This document shows positions 1-8,699 of a stretch of 28,679 nucleotides of DNA, one piece after another. A program made the translations under genes and the position numbers. The notes below the pieces were generated by a model that saw only the letters and a list, made by a program, of their open reading frames with translations, was not told the origin of the DNA and searched no databases. The stretch spans positions 1 to 28,679 of IMG/VR virus record IMGVR_UViG_3300020045_005498. One strand, written 5' to 3'. The number at the start of each line of letters is the position of its first letter. Position 1 is the stretch's first letter. This DNA is from a virus. Taxonomy: Duplodnaviria > Caudoviricetes.

Positions 1-2
1 CA

Positions 3-1205
3 AAGTATGTCCGTATAGTCCCATCCGGCAAGCGATTAATCGGTCTACCCCTCAATGTTGAATACTCCGCATCATCGGCAGAAGCCAAGACAGCTCATGG
101 TAACTCGCCTATCCTGGCCATTCTTGACGAATTAGGACAGGTCAGGGGCAACCAAGACGATTATGTTGATGCGATCATCACAAGCCAAGGTGCTTACGAC
201 AATGCTATCAGGATCGGCATAAGCACCCAGGCGCCGAACGATGCCGACCTCTTGTCTGTTATTCTGGACGATGCAAAGTTAAGCCAGGACCCGCATATCG
301 TCGCTCACCTGTACGCCGCTGACGATGATTGCGAGATAATGGACGAGAAGCAATGGCTATATGCTAATCCTGCTCTGGGTAAGTTCAGGTCAGAGAAGGA
401 GTTTCGAGAACTGGCAGTCAAAGCAGCTCGTATGCCATCTTTTGAGAACACCTTTCGTAACCTGTACCTAAATCAGCGAGTAGAAGTTACGGCGCCATTC
501 GTCAGTAAATCGGTCTGGTTGTCATGCGGGGCCGACGTCGAAGAGATTAATCCGTCATTGCCGGTATGGGGTGGCCTGGATTTATCACAGAGGACCGATT
601 TAACCGCACTCGTATTGACGCAGAAACAAGAAGGAGTGTGGCAAGTATGGGTTACTTTCTGGACTCCTGAGGTTGGATTGCACGAAAGATCAAAGAAAGA
701 CCGGGCACCATATGACCAGTGGGTTTCGGCAGGAAAGATTAGGACCACTCCAGGCGCGACAGTCGATTATGGCTATGTCGCACAGGAAATGCTTGATTTA
801 ACCGCTGGCCTTGACGTGAAGGGCATTTCTTTTGACAGGTGGAGAATTGATGATCTAAAGAAAGAACTGGCCAAACTCGAAGAGGATGTGCCGGAAGACG
901 AACGTTTAATTTTGGTTCAACATGGCCAGGGGTTTAAGGATATGAGCCCGTCTATCGAAGCGCTTGAGGCTGAATTGCTCAACGCCAGGATAGCCCACGG
1001 CATGCACCCGGTTTTGACCATGTGTGCAAGTAACGCCTTGGTTGTTTATGATCCAACCAAGGCGCGAAAGTTTGAGAAAGCGAAGAGTACCGGCAGGATT
1101 GACGGACTTGTTGCCCTGGCTATGGCTGTTGGTATTGCCAGCCGTACAGAGGAAGTTGAAGACGCGGGGAATATTTACGAGACGCACGGGTTACTTGTTG
1201 GATAA
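3..1205 (+). CDS. terL: Terminase large subunit, 5' end outside the window
   Basis: The frame of ORF 252..1205 is open from base 3 (KYVRIVPSGKRLIG...ILAILDELGQ, Walker B). The nuclease domain has GGLDLS, FDRW, QGF and RIDGLVALAMA motifs. Confidence 0.95.
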   Translation, partial: KYVRIVPSGKRLIGLPLNVEYSASSAEAKTAHGNSPILAILDELGQVRGNQDDYVDAIITSQGAYDNAIRIGISTQAPNDADLLSVILDDAKLSQDPHIVAHLYAADDDCEIMDEKQWLYANPALGKFRSEKEFRELAVKAARMPSFENTFRNLYLNQRVEVTAPFVSKSVWLSCGADVEEINPSLPVWGGLDLSQRTDLTALVLTQKQEGVWQVWVTFWTPEVGLHERSKKDRAPYDQWVSAGKIRTTPGATVDYGYVAQEMLDLTAGLDVKGISFDRWRIDDLKKELAKLEEDVPEDERLILVQHGQGFKDMSPSIEALEAELLNARIAHGMHPVLTMCASNALVVYDPTKARKFEKAKSTGRIDGLVALAMAVGIASRTEEVEDAGNIYETHGLLVG

Positions 1206-1230
1206 AAAAGTTAAATAAAGGTGTTTTTGG

Positions 1231-1259
1231 TTGTATTTTTAAAAAATACGGTGTATCTT
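1231..1259 (+). promoter_or_regulatory. Putative sigma70 promoter between terL and portal
   Basis: TTGTAT (1231-1236), 17-bp spacer, TATCTT (1254-1259) in an AT-rich intergenic gap; overlaps the palindrome GTATTTTT-A-AAAAATAC (1233-1249). Confidence 0.5.
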
Positions 1260-1269
1260 GCTTATAGAC

Positions 1270-1303
1270 GCAACAAAAATGTTGCACGCAACCAGAAAGT
1301 TGC
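1270..1303. promoter_or_regulatory. Two tandem palindromic operator-like sites GCAAC-N6-GTTGC
   Basis: GCAAC-aaaaat-GTTGC (1270-1285) and GCAAC-cagaaa-GTTGC (1288-1303), 18-bp period. Confidence 0.55.
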
Positions 1304-1325
1304 ACTAAGCAAATACAGGTAATAA

Positions 1326-1484
1326 TTGAATATTCTTCCTGACGTAATAGCACTTTCGGGCCTTGTCCTTCTTGGATACGGCCTTTTTTTGTTCCAACCA
1401 TGGGTATCTTACTCCGTTTGTGGTGCATTGTTGATTATCGCCGGGGCTCGTCTCGGTAAAAACGAACCGGGTGAGCAAGTATGA
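1326..1484 (+). CDS. Small membrane protein (52 aa) upstream of portal, not in ORF track
   Basis: TTG start after ACAGGT; MNILPDVIALSGLVLLGYGLFLFQPWVSYSVCGALLIIAGARLGKNEPGEQV with two hydrophobic segments; ATGA overlap with the portal start. Confidence 0.7.
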   Translation: MNILPDVIALSGLVLLGYGLFLFQPWVSYSVCGALLIIAGARLGKNEPGEQV

Positions 1485-2710
1485 GCCTGATGGGGAGAAT
1501 TGCCCGGCCTAAAGCCATGACCTCTGAAGAGTTATCGCGTGCTCTTGGTTCTGGATACGGCGGGCAAACTTCGACCGGCATTGCAGTAAATACTGATTCG
1601 GCAATGCGGGCCATGTCTGTGCATACGTGTGTCAAGGCAAAGGCCAACGGTTTGAAGATGATGCCCTGTCATTTGCTCAAAAAGACCAGCAAAGGCACTG
1701 AGAAGGCTACCGACCATCCACTTTACCGTATCCTGCACAGTCAACCTAACTCTTGGATGACAGCCTCTGAGTTTTGGGGCATGGCCTCTGCCTGTCTTGA
1801 CCTTCGGGGAAATTTCTTTGCACTCAAGAGCTTTGTTCCTGGCCGGCCACTCCGTGAATTGATTCCGCTGCCTGTCGGGGCCGTGCAAGAAGTAACGCAA
1901 GAGCCTGATTATGGACTGTTTTACAAGGTTTCACGGCCTGACGGTCAGGTTGATATTGTCCCTGGCAACAGAATTATGCACCTTCGGGGCCTGACCTTAG
2001 ATGGTTTTATGGGTCTCAATCCTATTGCTTACGCGCGGGAAAGTATCGGCCTTGAGCTGGCGACCGAGAAGCACGGGGCAAAGTTATTCACGAACGGCAC
2101 AAACATCGGCGGCGTGTTAACCATGCCTCCCGGCCAGTTTTTCAAGGACCGGACCAAGGCAAGAGAATTCCTTGATAGTTTCAACGATAACTACTCTTCA
2201 GTCGAAAATGCCCATAAGGCGGCACTCCTGGAAAATGGCGTTACATGGACCAAAATGGGTATGACCTCGGTTGACAGCCAGTTTCTAGAGGCTCGACGTT
2301 TCCAGCATCGACAAATTGTTGACCTATTTTTTTCCATACCCCTGTCAATAATGACATCCGAAGATAAGACCGCCACCTTCGCCAGTTCGGAACAGTTCAG
2401 CATTGCCTACGTAATGTATGCGCTGATGCCATACGTGGTCAACATCGAGCAGGCTATTACCCGCGATTTGCTCACCGAAGAAGAGAAAAAGACCTATTAC
2501 GCCAAGTTTGAGCCGAAAGCGTTACTCCGTGGCTCGTTCAAGGACCAGATGGAAGCGTTCCAAATCGGAGTTAACACCGAAATCTATAGCCCGAACGATG
2601 TCCGCGAAATGCTCGAAATGAACCCATACCCAGGCGGCGATGAATACCGAACGCGCACCAGCTCCATGAAGGAACCAGCGAAAACACCCGCAAAAGAGGA
2701 AAAAGCATGA
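1481..2710 (+). CDS. Portal protein, HK97 family
   Basis: 409 aa; HPLYRIL..QPN, LRGNFF, IMHLRG..LDG..G..PI, DSQFLEAR, SPNDVRE..EMNP motifs; position after terL. Confidence 0.96.
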   Translation: MSLMGRIARPKAMTSEELSRALGSGYGGQTSTGIAVNTDSAMRAMSVHTCVKAKANGLKMMPCHLLKKTSKGTEKATDHPLYRILHSQPNSWMTASEFWGMASACLDLRGNFFALKSFVPGRPLRELIPLPVGAVQEVTQEPDYGLFYKVSRPDGQVDIVPGNRIMHLRGLTLDGFMGLNPIAYARESIGLELATEKHGAKLFTNGTNIGGVLTMPPGQFFKDRTKAREFLDSFNDNYSSVENAHKAALLENGVTWTKMGMTSVDSQFLEARRFQHRQIVDLFFSIPLSIMTSEDKTATFASSEQFSIAYVMYALMPYVVNIEQAITRDLLTEEEKKTYYAKFEPKALLRGSFKDQMEAFQIGVNTEIYSPNDVREMLEMNPYPGGDEYRTRTSSMKEPAKTPAKEEKA

Positions 2711-3537
2711 ATCTATCATATCGCAACCAAATAAACGCCGAAATCGTGGCCGCTCACTGTAAAAAGCCGTTGAACAAACCGGAATGGTTTTCAATCAACA
2801 ATCTTTCCAGCGACAGCCCGGAAATCTTCATTTATGACTTTATCGGATGGCCGTTTAACGACGCAGGGGAGCTTATACGGGCTTTGTCGGAAATGAAAGA
2901 CAGAACGCCAACGGCAAGAATCAATTCTCCCGGCGGAGATGTCTTTGATGGTTTCTCGATACAAAACGCATTTTCCTCCCATCCTGGCGGGGTGAATGTC
3001 GTAATTGAAGGGCTGGCCGCGTCAATCGCCTCTGTCATAGCAATGGGTGGGAAAGCGGTTAGTGCGTACAGCAACTCTATGATGATGATTCACCGGTCAA
3101 TGTCGTTTATTGGTGGTCACGATACAGATCTTATAGAAATTGGCGAGTTGCTGTCAAAAATAGACAATAGCATTATCGACGCATACGCGGGGAAAACAAA
3201 ACTCGGGAAAAAAAATATTCGAGAAATGCTGGTTGGCAGCACCGGGAATGGCTCGTGGATGACGGCAAAAGAAATGAAAGAAAAAGGTTTTATAGATTCA
3301 ATCATCGACGGGAAAGGAGCAAAAGCACAATTTGACCTTTCCATGTTTGCCAATTGCCCTGACGACATACGGGGCGAAGAAAAAGAACTCACCGAAAGGG
3401 ATGCAGAAAGAATCTTGCGGGATGCCGGATTCTCTAGAAGTAAAGCCAAATCTCTGCTTGCGGGACGCTCGACAGATGACAGTGGCCAGTTAGAGGCAGT
3501 AGCAGAAAAAGCACTCTCGATATTTTTAAGCAAATAA
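2707..3537 (+). CDS. Head maturation protease, ClpP-related
   Basis: INSPGGDVFDG, GLAASIAS (catalytic Ser), MMIH (His), KGFID; C-terminal RDAERILRDAGFSRSKAK tail. Confidence 0.93.
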   Translation: MNLSYRNQINAEIVAAHCKKPLNKPEWFSINNLSSDSPEIFIYDFIGWPFNDAGELIRALSEMKDRTPTARINSPGGDVFDGFSIQNAFSSHPGGVNVVIEGLAASIASVIAMGGKAVSAYSNSMMMIHRSMSFIGGHDTDLIEIGELLSKIDNSIIDAYAGKTKLGKKNIREMLVGSTGNGSWMTAKEMKEKGFIDSIIDGKGAKAQFDLSMFANCPDDIRGEEKELTERDAERILRDAGFSRSKAKSLLAGRSTDDSGQLEAVAEKALSIFLSK

Positions 3538-3607
3538 ACAAAAGGACCGCTGTGAAGCAGGGCCGGAAACTTACTGCCGCGATGGCAGAAAGGGGTATCA
3601 AATGGCA
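3535..3607 (+). promoter_or_regulatory. Structured two-hairpin mRNA leader, copy A (upstream of major capsid)
   Basis: Near-identical scaffold to 7348-7420; hairpins GCT-GTGA-AGC and CTGCC-GCGAT-GGCAG next to the SD AAAGGGG. Confidence 0.75.
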
Positions 3608-4813
3608 GAAATCAAAGACACAATCGAAGCAATCGGCAAGGCGTTTGAAACGTTCAAAGCCGAAAACGACAGCCGACTGAAAGACATCGAAGCAAAAGGC
3701 GGTGCTGATCCTCTTTTGACTGAAAAAGTAGACAAGATCAACGTCGAACTTTTGGAAATGTCGAAGATCAAGGCGCAAATCGAATCAATCGAAACAGCCG
3801 TAGCGAGAAGCCAATTCCCAGCCGGCGGAATTGGTGTTGACCCTGCAAAAGCCGAGCACAAAGCAGCATTTGACAAGTTTTTCCGCAAAGGTGCCGAAGC
3901 TGGTCTTCGGGATCTGGAAATAAGAGCCGGTTTATCCACTCTTTCTGACCCTGACGGCGGTTTTCTTGTGCCTGAAGAGATGGATACGACGATTGACCGG
4001 ATTGCAACCAGTGTATCGGCCATGCGGAAAATCTGTTCTGTTCGGACCATCGGGACTGATACCTATAAGAAATTGGTTAATGTCGGCGGGGCTTCTTCCG
4101 GTTGGGTAGAAGAGAAAGGCGCACGCGGCGATACCGATACCCCGACGCTGAAGGAAATCGCTATCAATGCGAAAGAAATTTATGCGATGCCTGCCGCGAC
4201 TCAGACCTTGCTCGACGATGCCAGGGTTGATATTGCTGCATGGCTCGGAGATGAGGTTTCCATCGAATTTAACGAGCAAGAATCCGATGCTTTCGTTAAT
4301 GGCAATGGTGTTGGTCAGCCGAAAGGGCTTAACGCCTATGAGATGATTGCCAATGCTTCTTACGTCTGGGGCAAGGTCGGCTTTATTTCCAGCGGTCACG
4401 CTACCCTGTTGAACAATCCCGACAAGCTGAAAGACCTCAAGCACTCCCTGAAGCCTTCTTACCGTACCGGCGCTTCCTGGCTGATGAACGACAGCACCTT
4501 CCTGGTTGTCGATAAGCTCAAGGACGGTAACGGCAATTACATCTGGCGGCCGGGCCTTGTCGAGGGAACTCCTGACACCCTGTTGGGCAAGCCGATTGAA
4601 TACGATGACAACATCGCCAATATCGGGGCAAACACCTTCCCGCTCTGGTTCGGAAATTTCAAGCGGGCGTATCTTATCATTGACCGCTTTGGAATCCGTG
4701 TTCTTCGCGATCCTTATACCAGCAAGCCGTATGTGAAATTCTACACCACCAAGAGAGTTGGCGGCGGGATTATCATGTACGAGGCAGTCAAAGCCATGAA
4801 GATTGCCGCGTAA
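3602..4813 (+). CDS. Major capsid protein, HK97 fold
   Basis: 403 aa; N-terminal coiled-coil delta domain, DGGFLVPEE, FVNGNGVGQPKG, LKDGNGNYIW, LLGKPI, FGNFKRAY, RVGG motifs. Confidence 0.97.
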   Translation: MAEIKDTIEAIGKAFETFKAENDSRLKDIEAKGGADPLLTEKVDKINVELLEMSKIKAQIESIETAVARSQFPAGGIGVDPAKAEHKAAFDKFFRKGAEAGLRDLEIRAGLSTLSDPDGGFLVPEEMDTTIDRIATSVSAMRKICSVRTIGTDTYKKLVNVGGASSGWVEEKGARGDTDTPTLKEIAINAKEIYAMPAATQTLLDDARVDIAAWLGDEVSIEFNEQESDAFVNGNGVGQPKGLNAYEMIANASYVWGKVGFISSGHATLLNNPDKLKDLKHSLKPSYRTGASWLMNDSTFLVVDKLKDGNGNYIWRPGLVEGTPDTLLGKPIEYDDNIANIGANTFPLWFGNFKRAYLIIDRFGIRVLRDPYTSKPYVKFYTTKRVGGGIIMYEAVKAMKIAA

Positions 4814-4825
4814 TAAACCTGAAAT

Positions 4826-4843
4826 GGCGGGGTAAAACCCGCC
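4826..4843 (+). terminator. GC-rich hairpin after capsid gene (weak terminator or mRNA-stabilising stem)
   Basis: GGCGGG-gtaaaa-CCCGCC; no U-tract follows, so read-through is likely. Confidence 0.4.
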
Positions 4844-4867
4844 TAAAAATAACCAAAGGACAACAAA

Positions 4868-5317
4868 ATGAAAGATATTTTCAATCACATCAAACCGATT
4901 CAGGTTGTGCCGTCAATGCTCCTTATTGATGCGGCTTCCCCTGCTGCGGTGGAAAAATCCCTTGCCGGGTTTAACTCTGCGGTAATCCTCATCGACAACG
5001 GTGCCAAGCCCATAGGCGACACCGGGACCATTACCCTCAAACTCGAACATGCCGACGACAGCGCAGTTTTTGACGTTGCCGGAACCTACAACGAGGTTGA
5101 GGCTATCGACGTTCAGGGCGTTACCCCCTCAACCGGCACGGGCATCGTCTTTACCCTGGCAACGGCGGCCCAGGTAGCGGCAATTACCAAGATCGGCTAT
5201 GTCGGCGGAAAAAAATGGCTGAAATTCACCCTTGCTGAGAATGACGCAAACTCAACAGGTACACAGATTTCTGTTGTTTTGGTCAAGGGCAATGCGCTTG
5301 ATTTACCCACTACATAA
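4868..5317 (+). CDS. Putative capsid decoration/vertex protein
   Basis: 149 aa, beta-rich, directly after the MCP gene with AAAGGA RBS; MKD..N.I start and IGYVGGKKW motif resemble post-capsid virion proteins. Confidence 0.55.
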   Translation: MKDIFNHIKPIQVVPSMLLIDAASPAAVEKSLAGFNSAVILIDNGAKPIGDTGTITLKLEHADDSAVFDVAGTYNEVEAIDVQGVTPSTGTGIVFTLATAAQVAAITKIGYVGGKKWLKFTLAENDANSTGTQISVVLVKGNALDLPTT

Positions 5318-5326
5318 GGTGACACC

Positions 5327-5866
5327 ATGACCTATGTAACGAAAGTTTATAACGAGCCAGGCGGGGACCGGCAGGTTATCGCGTCTGGCGGTGAAGTACA
5401 GGTGCAAAGCGGCGGAAAGGCCCAGGTGCAGAGTGGCGGATTGCTTGAATCACAGACCGGGGCAATCGTTACCGGGTTAGCTCTTAATCTGCGAGTCAGG
5501 GCAACAACGGCAGAAGTTAACTCCGGTTTGGTTCTTTTGCCGACGCTCGCCGGGTACAAATACCGCATTACCGACCTGACCATGATAGCTATAGGCGGAA
5601 ATGCTGCAACGGCCACATCTGTTGACATTGTGACCACGCAGGGCGGCAGTGCAGCAAGACCTTTTGTTGCTGCTGTCGCGGCCCTTTCCCGGTCGGCTGT
5701 AGTCAAGCCAGATACCGCTAACATGACGGTGCTGGCCGACGGTGCATCTTTCACCGCTATGGATGTGAATACGGCGGTTTATGTGTCAAAGCAGGCGGCA
5801 GGAAGTAGCCTTGCAACGGCTACGCACATTGATGTTATTTTGTCCTACGTGATTGAGGCAGCATGA
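5327..5866 (+). CDS. Putative head fibre/decoration protein
   Basis: N-terminus MTYVTKVYNEPGGDRQVI resembles head-fibre N-termini; short 8-aa (GGxxQVQS) repeats; Ala/Thr/Val-rich. Confidence 0.5.
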   Translation: MTYVTKVYNEPGGDRQVIASGGEVQVQSGGKAQVQSGGLLESQTGAIVTGLALNLRVRATTAEVNSGLVLLPTLAGYKYRITDLTMIAIGGNAATATSVDIVTTQGGSAARPFVAAVAALSRSAVVKPDTANMTVLADGASFTAMDVNTAVYVSKQAAGSSLATATHIDVILSYVIEAA

Positions 5867-6666
5867 TCTTAACCCCATACACGCCGCCATCGGCTGAACC
5901 AATATCATTGACTCAAGCAAAGAGGCACCTTGCTCTTGCTGTCGATGATGCCGGGGCAGTGCTTTACACCGCAGAGGACGCGATAATTTCCGTCAATATC
6001 ACGGCGGCGCGTCAGTTTGCCGAGGGCATAACCTGGGCGGATATGGTTTTGCAGGTATGGGATATGTATCTTGACGCATGGCCGGCGGGCGGGGAAATCC
6101 CCCTGAACCGCTCGCCGGTTCGTGCGGTCGAATCAATCGAGTACACGGATATTGACGGGACAGTAAGCACATTCGCAAGCACAGAGTACAGCCTTGACAA
6201 TGTGTCGATGCCTGGGCGAATTGTGCTTAATTACGGTAAATCATGGCCTAGCGCGAGCCTTTCGCCGGTTAATCCGGTCAAGATTCGATTTAAGACCGGC
6301 TTTTTGGTGCCGTTTTCCGCCACTGCCGCAACCGATGTAATTAGCGCGGCGAATCATCCTTTTGTTGACGGCGATAAAGTGCGGCTGTCCGTGTCTGGCG
6401 GAACATTGCCTGCCGGTCTTGCCGCACTGACCAATTACTTTGTCCGTGACGCGGTGGCCGGGGTGTCTCTGAAATTATCGGCCACTGTCGGCTGGGCAGC
6501 GATTGATATTACCACGGCGGGAACCGGAAACATGTTCATCGGGGAGTTATCGCAGGCAATAGTACAGGCAATGCTTTTAAAGATTTCAGACCTCAAGGAA
6601 GGGGTTGACCGTAACGACGCGGCGATCAGAATTTTGCTCTCAATGGACTCGGTAAAGACGTTCTGA
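5863..6666 (+). CDS. Head-tail connector (HK97 gp6/phiE125 gp8-like) with inserted beta domain
   Basis: PSAEPISLTQAKRHL, ITAARQFAE, SPVRAVESIEYTD, VKIRFKTG ... QAIVQAMLL; about 80 extra residues between KTGF and the C-terminal helix. Confidence 0.85.
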   Translation: MILTPYTPPSAEPISLTQAKRHLALAVDDAGAVLYTAEDAIISVNITAARQFAEGITWADMVLQVWDMYLDAWPAGGEIPLNRSPVRAVESIEYTDIDGTVSTFASTEYSLDNVSMPGRIVLNYGKSWPSASLSPVNPVKIRFKTGFLVPFSATAATDVISAANHPFVDGDKVRLSVSGGTLPAGLAALTNYFVRDAVAGVSLKLSATVGWAAIDITTAGTGNMFIGELSQAIVQAMLLKISDLKEGVDRNDAAIRILLSMDSVKTF

Positions 6667-6992
6667 TGGATCATTTCAAACTTGATAAGATCGTAACTCT
6701 CCAGGCGAAAACCATGTCAACCGACGATTACGGCGGGCCGGTTGAAACATGGGCTGATTATGCCAGAATATGGGCGAAGTATAGAGAGCTTCGAGGCAGA
6801 GAACTTTTTGCAGCACAGGCCGCACAAAGTGAGACAACGGCAATGTTTTACGTCAGGTATGCGAGTTACATTGTTCCGAGTATGCGGATTATCAAAGATG
6901 GCAAGCCGTACGACATAACCGCAGTGGTCGATATTGACGGAAAAAATGTTGAAATGGAAATATCCGCTAAAACAGGACTGAGCGAGGGGTAA
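6666..6992 (+). CDS. Head closure/head-tail joining protein (SPP1 gp16-like)
   Basis: DDYGGPVETW...WA...RGRELFAAQ...VRY...MRI...YDI; 108 aa. Confidence 0.9.
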   Translation: MDHFKLDKIVTLQAKTMSTDDYGGPVETWADYARIWAKYRELRGRELFAAQAAQSETTAMFYVRYASYIVPSMRIIKDGKPYDITAVVDIDGKNVEMEISAKTGLSEG

Positions 6993-7342
6993 TGGCAACC
7001 ATCGAGGCGCAGATACAGACCCTTTTAGGCGCTCTAGTAACTGGCCGGTGCTATCCGCTCATTAATACTCAGCCGACAATAGTATTGCCGTATATCACGT
7101 TTCAGGTGATTGACGCGGTGCCGATGTTGGTCACGGCGAACATTACCAAACCGGAAAAAATGCGCTTGCAGGTTGATGTATTCGGGCAGACATACGGTTC
7201 GGTAAAAGGGATAGCCGCACAGGTAAAAACGGCGATTGATAACGCAACTTTTGCAGGAACAGCCACAATATCAAGTATGGACCTCTACGAAGAGGTAACA
7301 AAAGAACACCGAATAATGATTGAATTTTATATCTGGCCATAG
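6992..7342 (+). CDS. Tail terminator/completion protein (DUF3168-like)
   Basis: RCYP...LPYITFQ...RLQVDVFG.TY; lies directly before the major tail gene. Confidence 0.85.
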   Translation: MATIEAQIQTLLGALVTGRCYPLINTQPTIVLPYITFQVIDAVPMLVTANITKPEKMRLQVDVFGQTYGSVKGIAAQVKTAIDNATFAGTATISSMDLYEEVTKEHRIMIEFYIWP

Positions 7343-7347
7343 GCCGG

Positions 7348-7420
7348 TAAACAAAAGGACCGTCGGGACGACAGGGCCGGAAACTTACCGCTGTGAAGCG
7401 GAAAGGGGATCAAAATGGCA
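7348..7420 (+). promoter_or_regulatory. Structured two-hairpin mRNA leader, copy B (upstream of major tail protein)
   Basis: Same scaffold as 3535-3607 with different hairpins GTC-GGGAC-GAC and CCGCT-GTGA-AGCGG. Confidence 0.75.
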
Positions 7421-8059
7421 ACACCTATTGTATGGAAAAACGTAGCAGTTGCGATGCAATCAAGCATCGCTGAAGCAAAAACCATCACCGGAATCACCAA
7501 AGCAAGCCCTGGCGTAGTCTCTTCTACCGACCACGGGTACAGCAACGGCGATTATGTGTACCTCAACCTTCTTGGAATGTATCAACTCGACGAGAAAGTT
7601 GCCAGGGTGGCCAACGTCGCGGCTGGAACATTTGAGCTTGAGGGAATCGACACCACCAGCTTTGACACTTTTACCAGTGGCACCGCGCAGAAATTGACCT
7701 TTGGGACCAGTATCACCACAGCCCTGACCGTCAACGGGTCAGGCGGCGAGTTTGACTTTGTCGATACCACAACCATTCACCAGAATACCAAGACGCAGAT
7801 TCCCGGTCTTCCTTCGGCTATCTCGTATCAGTTCTCTCATATTTGGGATGCTGCTGACGCTGGACTTTTGGCAATGAAAAACGCCTCTGACATCCAAGGC
7901 AAACGGGCATTTAAATTCACGTTCGGTACTGGCGGAAAAATCCTGACATTCTCCGGTTTTGTCGGTTGCTCAATGCTTCCTGGCGGTCAGGCGCAGGGAT
8001 TGGTTACGACCAGCTCGGTTATTACCATGGACGGAACTCCGACCTATTACGCGGCGTGA
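7415..8059 (+). CDS. Major tail tube protein
   Basis: 214 aa; ITGITKASPGVV..DHG.SNGD.V insert, SGGE.DFVDTTT, QIPG, FSGFV; followed by tail chaperones and the tape measure. Confidence 0.9.
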   Translation: MATPIVWKNVAVAMQSSIAEAKTITGITKASPGVVSSTDHGYSNGDYVYLNLLGMYQLDEKVARVANVAAGTFELEGIDTTSFDTFTSGTAQKLTFGTSITTALTVNGSGGEFDFVDTTTIHQNTKTQIPGLPSAISYQFSHIWDAADAGLLAMKNASDIQGKRAFKFTFGTGGKILTFSGFVGCSMLPGGQAQGLVTTSSVITMDGTPTYYAA

Positions 8060-8064
8060 CCTGA

Positions 8065-8376
8065 ATGTTGAAACTTAATCCAGATCCTCAGTTTACCGCT
8101 GATGCAATGATAACCGTGCCGGGCCAGGTTGAACCCGGCGCGATAACCTTAACCTTCAAGTATCGCAGCCGCAAAGAGCTTGCCGCTTTCTTCGAAGGAA
8201 TGAAAGACCGGAAGGACGTTGATGTTTTCCCGGATTTCATTGTTGGATGGTCGGGGATGGATGCTGATTTCAGTAAAAAAAATATCGGCATTTTTCTTGA
8301 CAATTACCCTGCGGCGTTTGGGGAAATCTTAACAGAATACTCAAACCTTTCCTTCAAGAGTCGCGTAAAAAACTAA
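8065..8376 (+). CDS. Tail assembly chaperone (gpG analogue)
   Basis: LNPDPQF.A...VPG...TFKYR...IVGW...FLDNYP; ends R-V-K-N at a slippery site. Confidence 0.88.
   Translation: MLKLNPDPQFTADAMITVPGQVEPGAITLTFKYRSRKELAAFFEGMKDRKDVDVFPDFIVGWSGMDADFSKKNIGIFLDNYPAAFGEILTEYSNLSFKSRVKN
8367..8373 (+). other. Programmed -1 ribosomal frameshift heptamer A AAA AAC
   Basis: X XXY YYZ heptamer in the correct phase just before TAA 8374-8376; the -1 frame (CTA AAA GCT...) is open into ORF 8397..8699. Confidence 0.85.
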
Positions 8377-8699
8377 AAGCTGCTGCCGTCTTCCTGGTGG
8401 GCGGTAGCAGCAAATTAGAAGACGTGTCAAGCATGACAGGTTTACCGCTCGAATTGTTGCAGGAGTCAGAATCAGCCTCTGACGGATTGGTTTATCCAGA
8501 CAATATGCAAGTGGTGTCAATATTCAACGACATGATGACACAATGGCGGGTAGGTGCAACAGGGGCAACCGGGCTAGACTATGCGGCACTGCCAGCAGTT
8601 TTAAGTATCAGGCGGGTAAAGATTGCTGACCGTGAGGACATTTTCGAGTGTTTGCGGATTATGGAGTCGGCGGCATTAACAGAAATGAGGTCGGAATGA
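8373..8699 (+). CDS. Frameshift extension of tail chaperone (gpT analogue, DUF1799-like)
   Basis: VYPDN...F..M.TQWRVG..GATGLDY...LRIME.AAL; reached by the -1 frameshift. Confidence 0.85.
   Translation, partial: LKAAAVFLVGGSSKLEDVSSMTGLPLELLQESESASDGLVYPDNMQVVSIFNDMMTQWRVGATGATGLDYAALPAVLSIRRVKIADREDIFECLRIMESAALTEMRSE

Noticed and set aside
3535-3607. Leader as c-di-GMP-I riboswitch or intrinsic terminator
   Set aside because: Lacks the GEMM consensus as I recall it and has no U-tract; a cmscan run is needed to exclude known families formally
3932-4888. 318-aa minus-strand ORF
   Set aside because: Antisense shadow of the capsid gene with no motifs; the same applies to the other antisense ORFs over structural genes
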